A stretch of DNA of 64,000 bases from Diadema antillarum (taxonomy: Eukaryota). Below, piece after piece: positions 1 to 13,600 of the stretch. Position numbers and translations under genes: made by a program. Below the pieces are notes generated by a model. That model did no database searches, was not told the DNA's origin, and saw only the letters and a list, made by a program, of their open reading frames with translations. Position 1 is the first letter of the stretch, and every line of letters begins with the position of its first letter. Where the stretch lies: assembly GCF_040938485.1 (NCBI RefSeq), contig NW_027270897.1, positions 3,100,001 through 3,164,000 on the forward strand, given 5' to 3'.

Positions 1-659
1 AACTTACGGGACATCATGGACATGGCGGATGTGAATCATCCAACTTTGATGGCACGAATATTTACTTTTGTTATTCGTCATCTACATGCTGATCTATTCT
101 GTCAGTCAGGGTTTTTTTTTTTTTTATATGAGATGCGATGTATTGCGCAATATAATAATCCTTGAGTTATACATGTTAAAGGAGCCTTGTCTCTCTTGCT
201 GGGTCTTTCAGAGTCGAGGAGGCTCGTCTATAAAAGCATGTGCTTAACACTGAAATCAATCACTTTTTTATCTTTTTTTCTTCTCTTGTAATACCTACTT
301 GTCTAGGAGGTACAGACATGGCATAAAAATCTTGTTCTCAATCAACACAGCTTAAACCAGAGTGATGGTATAATTATGTATATGCCAAAGTAGAAAGCGA
401 TGAATTGTATCGTTGCTGGAGCAAAACGTTAACATTACAATTGTAGTCATTGTATGAAGTCTTTAGTGGATGGTCTACTCCCAAATGTATAGCAGTTTAA
501 ACAAATCATCACTTTTTGTCCATAAATGAAACTGTATACAAGTGGCAAGTTGTTCTGTTTTTCTAAGTTACCTACATGCTCTACTTTCATCTAGAGATCG
601 AATGAGAGGATCGTAACACATTTTTCTGTGTATTTCTTGTAGGAATATGATATAAGAAT

Positions 660-850
660 ATAAAGATAGTAATGAAAATAATAATAATAACAATAACAAT
701 GATAATGGTTATGATAACAATAATAGTAATAACAATAATTATGATGATAGTAATTATGATAATAATAACAATCATAATAATTATACCCATTTAAATTGCT
801 CCATCGGCCTAGTACAACTATTCCGAGGCGCATTGTGAAAAGGAGGAGAA
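660..850 (-). mobile_element. L2-type LINE/SINE 3' tail with long degenerate (ATT)n tail
   Basis: Reverse strand: caatgcgcctcggaata...ggagcaatttaaat followed by about 120 bp of AAT-derived repeat. Confidence 0.45.
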
Positions 851-1479
851 ACACAATATATACGGAAACTACAAACTTGTTTTCACATAGCTATCCACTG
901 TACATGCATTTGTGAAAGGACTATTTTGGCACGTATTTACACAAGGACGCTGTGTTATTTGTCATTTCCATTGTCGTTGTATCCTTCTGAGTAATTTCAA
1001 ACAGTATTGGCGTGTCGTTGTTTCCACTTTGTCACCACCCATTACGAGAAAAAACAAAATTACAAGTCCAGTACTTTAACTCAGATAACTGCAAATCTGA
1101 TGAACTGAAATATTTCCATTTGCTCATATTTGCTCATTTCATCTTACTCGTGGATCTGATTAAAATGAAGTACATTAGACATGACAGTTCGATAATAAGT
1201 TTCTGGGTCCTTATGACTTCCCAAGAATTAAAGCTGTGAGCAGCTGTGTGTCTGGGAGGTAATGTTTTGTCACATTATCGTGACATCAGCGTTCCGTCCA
1301 GCGTTCATTTTTCACTTAATTTTGAACTTTAGAGTTTGAAAATGGGGATTTGAATGAAATAGAAGGTAATATTGTATGACATCCCATCTTTGAAATATTA
1401 GATCTGTCAAATCAATGAAGACCCCGAAATCCCTAAGGCCTCCCACTTATCCCTTTTATCCAAGGAAACATATTCAGTG

Positions 1480-1660
1480 TCGCCACCTCTCGACCAAAGA
1501 GAACTGCTGCCAGTATTACTAACCTAACCTATCCAGGTATATAGAAAAATATAGTGGCTAAACACATCTTGTCCAAGGGCATAGGAACTTTAATAATGGG
1601 ATTCGAACCTGGGACTTCAGATTGAAATTCGACAGTCCCATCCTCCGTGTCACAGTGTCC
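1480..1660 (-). mobile_element. Degenerate tRNA-derived SINE
   Basis: Minus-strand B box GGTTCGAATCCC (1609-1598) followed by cccttggacaag core-like sequence. Confidence 0.45.
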
Positions 1661-2284
1661 TCACTCTTGCTCAAGGAAGTAAATCATTATTTTTTCCAGT
1701 TTTCTAGTAACTTCTTTAAGATACAGTGCAACCTGAGAAAAGGATTATGCGCAATGTTCAATTCAATTCAAATGAAATCGTATTTCCAATAACACATGTT
1801 TGTTATCGATATAAATTTTAAAAAGAAGTAAATGTACACTGTATTACTACAAAAGAATATGCATATATGGAACTAATTGTTCGACATATGAGAATTAATA
1901 TTGTTCGGTTTTATGAGAACGGTTATTATATTCTCGTCTTTCCGCATTTTTATCGTGACAGTAGGAAGAAAGATGCAACGATTATGTAAATAGTTGTGAT
2001 TGAAGCTATTTCTTTTATCTCATCGATCGTCTAAAGCGGGAACAGGGAACAGGGATTGACTAAAAGAAAGACTTTATTTTTGGAAAGCCGGGCGGCAGAG
2101 CGGAGCGTCATGTTTGAACTAACACGTCCTCGTAATGTGTTTGACGTCGTGTCACCCAAGCAACACGCATCTAATCAAAGAATTATTATCATCACATGTA
2201 CGTCCCTGATGAAAGGAGTTTTATTTCACAGCTTGTTTGCATTCATCACATCTTTGGCTATGATTCTATTTGACGAGGGGTAGT

Positions 2285-2652
2285 TTAAAGGGATAGTGTG
2301 GCTTTGGTTAAGATTGAGAATGAGGTTTTAACTTTTTGCGAGATGATTACAAAAACACTTATGAAATACTATTTTAATAGGAATTTAAAGTTTATTTTGA
2401 TGAAAATTGGTGTTAAAATGGCTGAGATATCCGAAAACAAAGTAAAACAAATTGATATTAGTAAAAAGGTGGGTTTTTAGGATTCCTTTGCTTTGGGTAT
2501 GTCAGCAATGTCAAAACCAATTTTTATCAAATAAACTCTCAGTTCATCTTATTGTATGCTCTTTCATATTTCATAAGAGGCTTCTCATTATCTCACCAAA
2601 AGTTGGAAATCGAAAGCAGACCATGTCAACCAAAACTTTACAATCCCTTTAA
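2285..2652. mobile_element. TTAA-flanked palindromic MITE (Kolobok/Angel-like)
   Basis: TTAA-AGGGATAGT...ACAATCCCT-TTAA imperfect TIRs; a relative lies at 63590-63919. Confidence 0.8.
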
Positions 2653-2840
2653 TCTGATGCTTTGCCTTTGCTCTTGATTTTACTTCTTAAAAGCTTTTAT
2701 ATATCTAGAGTTGGCTTGATGTGAACATTGTCTGTATGAGAGGGGGGGGGGGGGAACAAGAACAAGGGGATTAATTCTCACTCAAAGATAATTGCAAATG
2801 TATCAATTCAATCATAAAACCTCTTCCTCTACTCCTGCAG

Positions 2841-3004
2841 TCGAATCTACCACTAGTGATGGACAGGCGACGTTTTCCTACCAAAAGGAGCTCTCTAATT
2901 ATCTTCTAGACGACTATGGCTCACCGACACTCCGCCCCGTCAAGAACGTCTCTCAGCCCGTTCAGGTCTTCTTCAGGATCCTGATCGCCCAAGTTATCGA
3001 CTTT
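2841..3004 (+). CDS. nAChR-like exon (mature N-terminus ...[50 protein letters not shown])
   Basis: Acceptor ctcttcctctactcctgcag, donor GTAAGT at 3005; LRPV motif and N-glycosylation site NVS. Confidence 0.9.
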
Positions 3005-6000
3005 GTAAGTATTGTGATATAGGCAGTCCAATGTGAGCTGTTGGGACTCGGTGAATATCAAGGGCGCCGATTCTCACGTTAGCAGCTGCAAAAAGTGTTT
3101 TCCGCAAGGCACATTGTCCTCGGTATTATCTCTAACTTGCAAATGGGACTTCAAAAGGAAGTTCCTTGATAGTGGAAGCGAATGCAGAGAGTTCATGCGT
3201 GCAACATACAGTGGAAGTTTAAAAATTCCCCTGTTGTTTTCAGCATTTCTTGATTCATAAGGCGCAAAAACTATATTTAAAAAAAATCACCTTTTCTACA
3301 TGAAAACAAATATTTTCTAGAACATCTAAAGAGCATTAGATCTAGCTCAAGATCATACGGAATGCATGGAGAACGATATTTAACACATCGTTAGTACATC
3401 TAAAGAACAAGTCAAGGAAATGCCTACTTTTCATCAATTTTACAACAACAACAAAAAACAATAAAATCCCCTGTATTTTCTCTACAAAATTTGTCTGATG
3501 TGACGCATTACATGGATTGTTGCTGATTTCCAACTAAAGAGGGCGGTCTAGTGTTTCACTAATCACATTTTTCACTTGCTTGATTAATAGATTATTATTC
3601 TTGGGACCCCCCCCCCCCCCCCCCCCCACCACCACCACCACCACCACCACCATCTCCCCAGTGCTCGCATGTTCACATACATGCATTTATTGCTTAATTA
3701 GAGCGACGTGAAAGAACTCATATCTCAGACTGTAGCCCTCACCCTAAAATCAAAAGGGTCCGTGACATACAATTATTTGGTAATCTGATTAAGATGCCGC
3801 CAATGGACAAAGTGGGAACTCATTACATCCATCACATGACAGTTTATTGCAAGGGGCGGCTCACGCATGTTGTAAATGTCAAAGCAGGAAATTGGATAAA
3901 GTCAATGAAGATTGCGAACATACATGGAATGGTATGCATTTTGGATGAATGATCCTGACGGCAGTGAGACATATCCCCGCATCTGTAATAATGATTTGCG
4001 CGATATTCACGATAAAAGTCGTGACTTTTTTCTTGATTGTAAATGTAATACCTGAGATAGAACAGATAAAATTACATCTTGGCACATTCATCAATATCTT
4101 GTGGCATCTGGAGGTGAGAAATGAGTGAGAGACAGGTGGAAGAGGGGGTGGGGAGTAATTAAAGTTCATGGGTCCACGAATTTGATTTCGCTTTGGATGA
4201 AGAGTTGCATTAAAATGTGACTTCAAGCGAGGTTCATGTCTCCCATAGCCTCCCACTTCTAAAATGATTACATTTGCTTTTACCCATCACTTCTCCAGTG
4301 TCCTTGTCCATCCGTTTGAATATAAATGAATATCGCATGTACACTCCCTGCCACATGTATCTCTGTCTTTCCTTATATATATATCTCTCTCTCTTTTTTA
4401 GTGCATGTTATTGTACACTTCCGTTGAGTGATATTCCGTTCTTTGTTAATCTCACATTTTTCTTTTAAAATTCCATTGTCAAGTTACAGTCCTCGCCTTG
4501 AAAGTTTGGTATTAGAATTTAAGCGTGTCTCACATTATTTTCATGACCATTCTCCAAAAACAAACTATAGCCTTTTTATAATAATGTCACAGGTTTGGTT
4601 GAGCCCATTAAAATCATGTACATCAGCAAGAGAAAGTTTCCTTTCCAACGCTGACACTGTTTTTCATAATGATTATTATTAGAGTTACGGCTACAGATAT
4701 TCTCTTCCAGTAAGGATTTCAAACTCGATTTGCTTCACAGAAGGAACCTGATGTGTAATATGTCAATTTTGCGTACAAGTTAAAGTGGTTAAAATGTTTG
4801 TAGAGGAAAACTGTCTGAAAGTCGATCAGATTGTCAGAAGAATTTGGCATCATGTACGCGGGCTCCGCAATCTATGCAGCATCATTCCAAAATGGGTCGG
4901 TATGTTGACATGGCAACGGTAGCCTTACCAACCAGCCCGGTGGATTGCCAAGTTAATGGGAAGTATAACAAAGTCTCAACGGTGGTTAATAGTTTAGGCA
5001 CACAGTCAGTTTACTGACAGGAAGACACAGGACGTGACGTCACCATAGAATCGTGTTGGCACGTGATTTACAATGAAGGTACTCCACTAATGGAAGATAT
5101 CGTTAATTGATGTGGATGCTTCTCTATGGAGTGTACAGGAAACAGTTTTAACGTTGATGAAGTTACCTCCGATTTGCTTAGGTTTTGTTTGAAAGCAGAT
5201 ATGATATCACAGTTCATCCTTCATATACATCACGTTAAGTGATGTTCTCCAACAATTTCTTTGGATGTGAGTTGGTAAAAACAAATGCCGTGTTAACGAT
5301 CCCGAGAGAACATCAACTATAGTCCGTCGTGATTGTCCTCTCTGTTTCTCAAACTTATCTCCCATCAATATCATGTTTCTTCCTGACTGTTACGGTGCTG
5401 TCATATCGTCTCATAAAACAAAAGAGGAAAATCCTGTGGCATGATGTTTCAATGAATCATGACAAACTCAAGACATCCTTGGTAAATGGTTGTTCATGAC
5501 ATCTTAATGCATTCTATTCTCTTTTTATGCAATCCCGCCAGCAGGGAATGAGAAATGAGAAATATATTACAGTTTTTCTCTGACACTAATGCATTTATCA
5601 GCACTGCATGGCAATCAATTACAGATTTATGCTTTGCGACTGCGATTCATCATATTTGAAGAGAGTAATGGCAATCAGAACGAATCATGCTGACTCAGCG
5701 CTGTGTGTTCCCTCCGTCATATTCAGTTGATTTAAAGTCCAATGATTTGTTTCTTTAATACAGTAGCCGCCAATCACAAATAAGAATGTACTCCACTATA
5801 TAAAGCCACAGGTACATGCTCTGTGTTGCTATGGACATCATGGACATAAAATTCTGAGGAAAATCAAATTGTTTGGTCTGGGTGCCAAAGTATAAGACTT
5901 AGGGCCTAACCTTGCTTTGTCGTTCATCTGATGTTTTTTTTTTGTTTTTTTTTAAGGTTGTACCCTATTTCGAGTGTGCTGAATCTGAAATGCAAGTTTT

Positions 6001-9000
6001 GCACAAGATATTCAGCACACTCAAAATACAGTGTAACTTCATTTTTGTGTCCATTTTCACCATTTTATGAGGAGATATTATGTAGGAATTTTAGATTTTG
6101 GCGGCCATTTTGAATATCTCAAAACCCTCAAGGATGCAAGAGTTGCATCATCCAGATTCGAATTCAGCATTCTCAAAATACTTAGGGTAAAACCATCAAA
6201 GAGCATCGGGTAGACGGTGAAGCATGGTTAGGCCCAAAATCTTTCTTTGGCACCCAGACCAAATACAATTTTGTCTTCCTCATAATTTTATGTCCGAGAT
6301 GCCGCATAGCAAGATTGTCGGCTACTGTGAGCTGCTCGTATAGAAACACATTTTTGGACTTTACATCAAATCGACTTTGATATCTAAGACGAGGGATCTA
6401 CGACGAATATGCCATCCCTGCATCATGCGCAATGCTGGAAGATAGCACGGGATGAAATCATCGGCTGCTATGATGTTTTCGTTGATAGAAAATTTCGGAA
6501 TGTGACATAAATTGTGGAATTACCTCGTCATAACCCATAGTGTTTTGATGAATAAGGAAATTACGTTGTAACATAAATGAGGAATGCGTGACTCTAAGAA
6601 TTTCTCCTGCTACTGACATGGTACAACGTTCAGGATTTTTTTTTATTGTTTTTAGGCAAAGAAATCGTAATACATGGTTTCATTATCAAACCATGAAAGC
6701 TAAAAGCCTTCATCTTTAAAATCTCATAAGAGTCTTGAGATCAGAGATTGCCTCCCACCATTTGGACATGATGAGAGCAGGGGCATGCCAGGAGGCGGGT
6801 GAGTGTCTCTCTCCCATAAAGTGGGTATCTCACTGGATTAGAGAGTAGGTGGCGACCCTGCGGCGACTCAAGTCTCACTGGTCGCAGAGACGTCTCCGCG
6901 AAGTCTCCAAGACCCCGTTTACAGTGAGTGAAAGGGCCGGGCTCGGCGGCGGCCGAGCCCGGCCTTCATTTCACTGTAAACGCACAAAAGGCTAAATGCC
7001 GTACCAAAATCGGCCGCGCATTTGGCCAAGATCTGGAGGTAGTCTCGGCCGCGGCTCGGCCTTTTTTCACTGTAAACGCAAACTGGGCCAAATGCGGTAC
7101 CAAACTGCGACCGGCGCCCTCCCAATAATAGTGTTTATTTGCAAGTAGAGCGCCACTACGACAAAATATTGAGAGGTTTGAATTACTGTAAAAGCCCGGG
7201 CCGAGCCCTCAACTGTAGACGGACAAAACTGCGGGGCCGAGTACCGCAATTGAGGCCGGGCTCAGCCTGGGCTCTGCCCGGGCTCGGACCAGCCCTGCAC
7301 TGTAAACGGGTCCTAGAGACTAGCCTCTTCTCCGGGGAATCGAACATGTTCGATTTTTTTAGAAGACTTTTTTTTTTCAGTCTCCAGCTGGTCTCAGAGA
7401 CATCTCTTTAGTCGAGGAGACTAATTTTATCCGCGAGGTCTCTGAGACATCTCCTTGACCTTGCGGCGAATAATTGGTAACCTTCCGGAGACCTCTTTGA
7501 GACGTCTCCACGACGTCGCGGTGTGTGACGTCTCTGCGACTTCCGAACGAATAAGTTGTCGCCATGTTTGGAGACGTCTTGAACAGTCGTCGCCCTGGAG
7601 ACACCTTCATGGTGACAACGCAAGCCATCTCTTGATCGTTAGAGTCGCACGAGTCGCGGCAGTCGCGGTGAAGTCTCCTTCAACGAGATATAGGCCCTTG
7701 GTTCACACATGACACACATGCTTTTTATTGTCTCAATGTAATGTTTTGTCTCAATGCAGTGTTTCGTATAAACGTGTATGAATGAATATATTCATTTCAT
7801 TACAACTCAGTGTCCCCAGAGGCTAAAAGAAAATTAAAAGCCACCTGGTGTGTGTGTGTGTGTCGGGGGGGAGGGGGGGGGCGTTGCGTGGAGATCATAG
7901 TCATTAGATTGAATTGACCTTTTCCTCACCTAAGCAGCCATATCCGATCCATTCGAGATGGAACTCCGTTTGCAGATACGCACTTACTACATTGTTATAC
8001 ATTAGAATTACATAGTACTTATGATTGCGAATTTCATGGTACTTGCAGTGATGACGATAATCAAAAGAATGCTGTGAATTGTAATGATATCGATTATAAT
8101 GCCATCATGGATATCTAATAACATTGAACCTTTTAAGTAAAGAAAACATTAATTGAAGCAGAGTACTTTTTAGTATCTATAATGATAGTGATAGTAATTA
8201 AAAGTGTGTAAAATAAATGAGAGAAATAATTCTCAGAAAGCCTGCATTTGGGTGCATCATAAAACAAATTCATGTTATTACAATTAGAAAGGATGTACAA
8301 AAGAAATTGAAATTGATATATTATTTACGTCAAAATCAGAAAATTCCTTCATCTGGTCATTTTACTCTCTCCCTTGGAGCATGAAGGCAGGTTGAATTAC
8401 ATGACAGACGAAAATCATTAATCTCAACGTTTCCGCGAAATTACCGGAAAGGAAACACAAAAAATACATCATAAGCGCCTCAACAATCATAAATTATCTC
8501 AGAAAGACACGGTTTTCTCCATCGTCTGGCTTCCCTTACGGGTCACTTCCCGCGTGGTCGGCCACCATGTTTGGTTGAGCAGTCAGCAAGGATTTGTGCG
8601 CGTCATGGAGCAGTATTAGGACACACGTGGTCACTGCTGTAGAGTGTTAATTTGGATAATTGCACACTTCGTCATAACCAGAACCGATGAATGATTAATG
8701 ACAGTGGATTTATCCTCTTTCCCTGCTTTTCCGCACGCTTTGGACCTTAGCTGTCTGTAATGAAAGGCACAGGCTTTTGCACTTGGTGGCAATATAGCAG
8801 TTACTTTCGGTTGATTACGGGGAATATTTTCCCCGTTTTCACAGTATTCTGTTGATAATCTTTCACTTATTAACTATCATCATTTCCGAATATGTTTTTT
8901 TACAGTCTTGATATGTCGAGGGTTCTGCATTTTGTAAATACGTTGTGACCATGCAATAGAGACTTGAACAGAACTAGGCCCTGATCTTTCAATTCTGATC

Positions 9001-10574
9001 AAAAACAAACAAACACACGACCAAACAAACGAAAACATACATGGAAAGAAACAACACAAATCAAACTTGGTACATATTTTGTCAGACTGCGAATTTTGGA
9101 CTAGTAAAAGGTTAGTCTAAAAGAAAGAGTGAAATTGTACGAGCATATCATTGACAATTTGATCGAAATCGGATATAAAAGACGTCAAGTTATAAAATTT
9201 TAAGGATTTGATAATTTTTGCAAAACAATTCTCGAAAAGTTTGCATGAATATGCAAATGAGTAGGCCTACACCAATCTCCCATCAGTGACTTTATTACAA
9301 CTACTTTCGAAAAGGTGTCACTGTGAGTCAGGACAAGTTTAAAAAGAGAACAAAAGAAGTATGAATTAACGTATAAGAATTATCAATAGGGAGTTGTGAA
9401 ACTGTGGAGCTCCAAGATGACCACGAACATGAATATTTATGAGCTTAATTCATGAATATGTATGAATATGCATTTATGTCAATATTATATGAATTATGTT
9501 TGAGCTGAGGAGCTGTGGAGAGTGACTCTTTTGAAACCGATTGTATGGCTTGTGTGGACTCCACAACGTACACTCCACACCAGCCATACAATCCGTTGAA
9601 AGAGTCACTCTTCACAACTCCACAGTAAAATCAATACGTCCATATTTCATATTCTTATAATCCATAACCCATCATTCATTTTTTTTTCATATTTTTCATA
9701 TTTCATATTTCCATACTCATAAAGAATATTTCCATATTTTCATTATTCATAGTTCTTTATTTCTCATTGTCATTCATATTTCCTTCATTCGTATTTCATA
9801 ATTCATATATTTCCCTATTTCTTATTTCTTTTGTCTATGAAAATTAATATCATATTCTTTTGTTCTAAACAAAGAATATTCTTATGACGCTAAAAGCACC
9901 CCTTTACTACTCTCATACCTGTATTTTATTCCCCTTAGACGTCACACTTTAAAGATAAATATAATCTTTCAAAAAAGATTCAATGCCTTTTGTGTTTCGT
10001 TTCCAGGTAGACCAAATTATTTCACTTCAGTCCTGAAATTTCCAATAGCATACACTCAGACTCTGTTCAGACGCCCTTAAAAATGACTATGGTTTCTACA
10101 AAAAGCAAAACAAAAACAAAAACCGTCACTTGTTTTTTATTAATGTATGCATTTGTAGTAAATTATTTGTTATTCTAAGCTGATTTGTATGTTTGGTTGT
10201 TTAGCATTGTAAAGCGCTTAGAAACATGTTGTATTAAGCGCTAAATAAATATTTCATATTATTATTATTATTATTATTAATCTATACGCCGAAAACAAAC
10301 TTTACGAATCAGTGTAAACGCCTTTGATAATGCGCCACCTTGCGACCAGTTTTATTGTCCTTCGCCCTGACATTCAGCTCCAACATTCTCACGGAGAGCT
10401 GGTTCAAAACGAGACGAAACCGACAACGATTCTTTGATAATTTCCAGCAGGATATATTATCTAGAGTCATCCATTTCCCTCAACCTGACCTCACAGGGAC
10501 TATCAATTCATATTTTACCCGCTTTTCGCTTTTCCCAATGTTGGTCTTGTTCACTGGTTTCTGTTTTGTTGTTG

Positions 10575-10609
<35 letters not shown>

Positions 10610-13600
10610 ACTGCTACTACTGCTGTTGTTTTGTCAGTATGATAGGTCGTATGTTTCTCCTTTTGTTTTTGTTCTTCCTTTTTATGGGGAGCAGTAAATC
10701 TGTAAAACTGGGTATCGAGAACAAGTATAGGCTGTGTACGGTTTGCAATGAATCCAGTTTTAAGAGATGATATATATACAACATGCATATATTGTAAATC
10801 AATTTCAACAATTTGGATCCATCAAATTATCTCGTGAAATATAACTTATCTGAAAAGAGCAAATACTGCTCGTGATATTGCACTTACCCGTGTGCATTTC
10901 AAAGCAACAAAAGGTTGAATATCACAAGCATTCACTAGTATGAGCACATGCATTGTGGTAGTGGGGCTGGTGCCTCGGGATGTCGCCTGCCGCAGACAGT
11001 GAGTTGAAGAGGGAAGAGTGATTCATTCTAGATCGGTAATGAACAAATTAAGCCTAAAATTGAGATCGTATCTGCATTAGCTCTATAGTAACAGACCACC
11101 GTGGGGTGACGCTAATCACGAATGATTAACTGTTGCAGGAAAGTGCGTGATAATTATCGGTGCGTGGACACGCGGCCTTCACAGTGTAAATGAAGAAAGC
11201 ACTTTAAAGAAGATACCCAACCATCAATTTTCATTAAGTTAATTCAAACTACTTCTTTCAATCCGTAAATACTACATTTCATGCGAGCGTGGCCACATAA
11301 TGAGTAGCACAACGACGTTTTCAGTTATTTCTATCATTATCAGAGCAGAGCAAAGTGTCGCGTGCTTACAAGGTTGCCATTATACCAATCTCAACCACAA
11401 TACCTGGCACGTCACTTATGGTTTAAAGCGATGATCCCTGATGATTTCCAATCGGAAAACGTGTATAAAAGGGTTCCTATAGAAATTCCAGAGTTTTGTA
11501 TGGATATTTAAAAGAAATAGCAAACACACAAACGTAACCTATGTTCATGGCCAGTATTCATTATCGTGACAGATAGAATATTTGAACTGATATTCATTTA
11601 TTCTTATTTCCGTTTTATTTCAACAGGGTAGCCCTTTCAGTTAATAAAAATGCGTTATCAAGGGGCCCTGCACAATAAAAAGATACAGAAACATATATTC
11701 AAATGCACAACGTTACAATCAAAACAAACGTAGACATATCCACCAGATAGCAAAAAAAAAGAGAAAGAAATTTAACCAACATTATACTATGTAAACAGAG
11801 AAAAACTGACTAAAAATTTGTATAATTTATTATTGGAAAATTGAGCAAAGAAAATGGGATTCCATCGGGATTCGAACCCGAGATATCCGGATGCTAGCCC
11901 GGTGCTCTACCGACTGAGCTGTAGAAAGCCCTAGTTCAGTATTTGTCCCAGAAACCCTAAATTCTCAATGCTCGGATGGTCAGAAGCTATAGCAGTGCGC
12001 TTTCTGTGTGACACACACGCACGCACTTAAAACTGGCATAAATCCGAGGGATAATTCAACTTGGGGATAAATGCGAGGGATCACCGAAGTGATGCAGCTT
12101 TTTGAGTATGTAACAAACGTAAACAGAGGAAAACTGACCAGAACTGAATATAATTTATCGTTGGAAAATTGAGTAAAGAAAATTGGATTCCATCGGGATT
12201 CGAACCCGAGACCTCCGGATGCTAACCCGGTGCTGAACCGACTGAGCTACAGAAAGCCCTAGTTCAGTGTTTGTTCCAGAAGCCCTAAATTCTCAATTCT
12301 CGGATGGTCAGAAGCTATAGCAGTGGATTCCTGATGGAATGTCTCTAACAATTTCATTAAGATCCCAATACATATCAATCTGACATTACACTCGACATAG
12401 TTTGTTCACCTTTCATAGCGTTTTATTAGAATTTTCGGTATAACAGTTTTGCTATTACGCAATGCATTGTCTACGTCATTCATTTGCGTGTTATGTTCTG
12501 CCAAACAATTAAATTAAAAAGACTGTAATTAGATGTACCAGACATTTTTGCCTTTTATATCCTTACGTACCATCACTGGGCTTCCACCTCGGAATTTAGA
12601 AACGAAATCTCATAATCGAAGCCTACAATGCCAAAATGTGGACTTTTTTAACACGTTGGTATTTTCCATACACCCTCGTGATTCACTGCGCTCTCATTTA
12701 TGAATCCTTACAAATGACACAAGCACCACACCGACATGACCGATGAGACTGGAAAAACGAAATGAATCATACTAAATATAATGAAAACGTTATTTCATAT
12801 GGAAACGAATCAAAATGGGCAGTTGATTTATATTTCAATCCCATGTAACCAAACAGAGGCACAATTTAACTGCGACTTCAAAACTATCTCGACACATTTT
12901 TTACGTAATCGAATGCCCACCCTATGTGTCATTAGACAGATTCGTCAGTATCAAAAACGGCGAGCCAGAGATTGACGATCATATCCAGTTCTTATCGAGT
13001 TAAGATTTCACTACCGAAATTGGTCTCTCTTCTTCTTCTTTTGGAAACCCAATTACATTACAGATTGACCTGCTTCACTTTTCAAGCCAAACTGTCAAAG
13101 ATATACATAGGCGCATTTCAATTTTGCAGGAGGGTCAAGCGTGAAAGGACAATGACGTTCTCTTTACGGCTTAGATGTTGAAAACACGTATTTTTTTCCT
13201 CGGTGAGATATTAGCGCATGCCCCAGTTACATTAATGTGGCGATTTAAATAATTGATGGCCAACTTTAACGTATCATAAAGCTTAGATTGATAGAGCCCC
13301 GGCCCCGGGTTACAGGGGAAGAGAGGTTTATTAACGTCCGCTCAAAATACCTGGCGTACCAACCAATTAAGCACTTACAGTATTCCGCTATAGCTGTGAT
13401 TATGAAAGGGAGGGAGGAAATTGTGAAGCAGTAACGGAAAGATTAGTAATGATGCGTCAGATTCCTTCTTTTGAGTGGGAGGGGGAGGGGTAGAGTATTA
13501 AGGCATCGATCACGATTTATAACACTGGTTAGCGACAAGATATTGTCCCATAATCACGATATAGTGCGGTACATAAACTGCACGTGGTATATTCGAATTT

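Noticed and set aside
587-854. Ile/Tyr-rich ORFs
   Set aside because: Translations of a degenerate AAT repeat tail
3879-4256. 125-aa minus-strand ORF
   Set aside because: No recognisable motif; intronic, alternative-start ORF
11858-12259. Functional tRNA-Ala genes
   Set aside because: Acceptor stems pair at only about 5 of 7 positions and the anticodon stems are irregular
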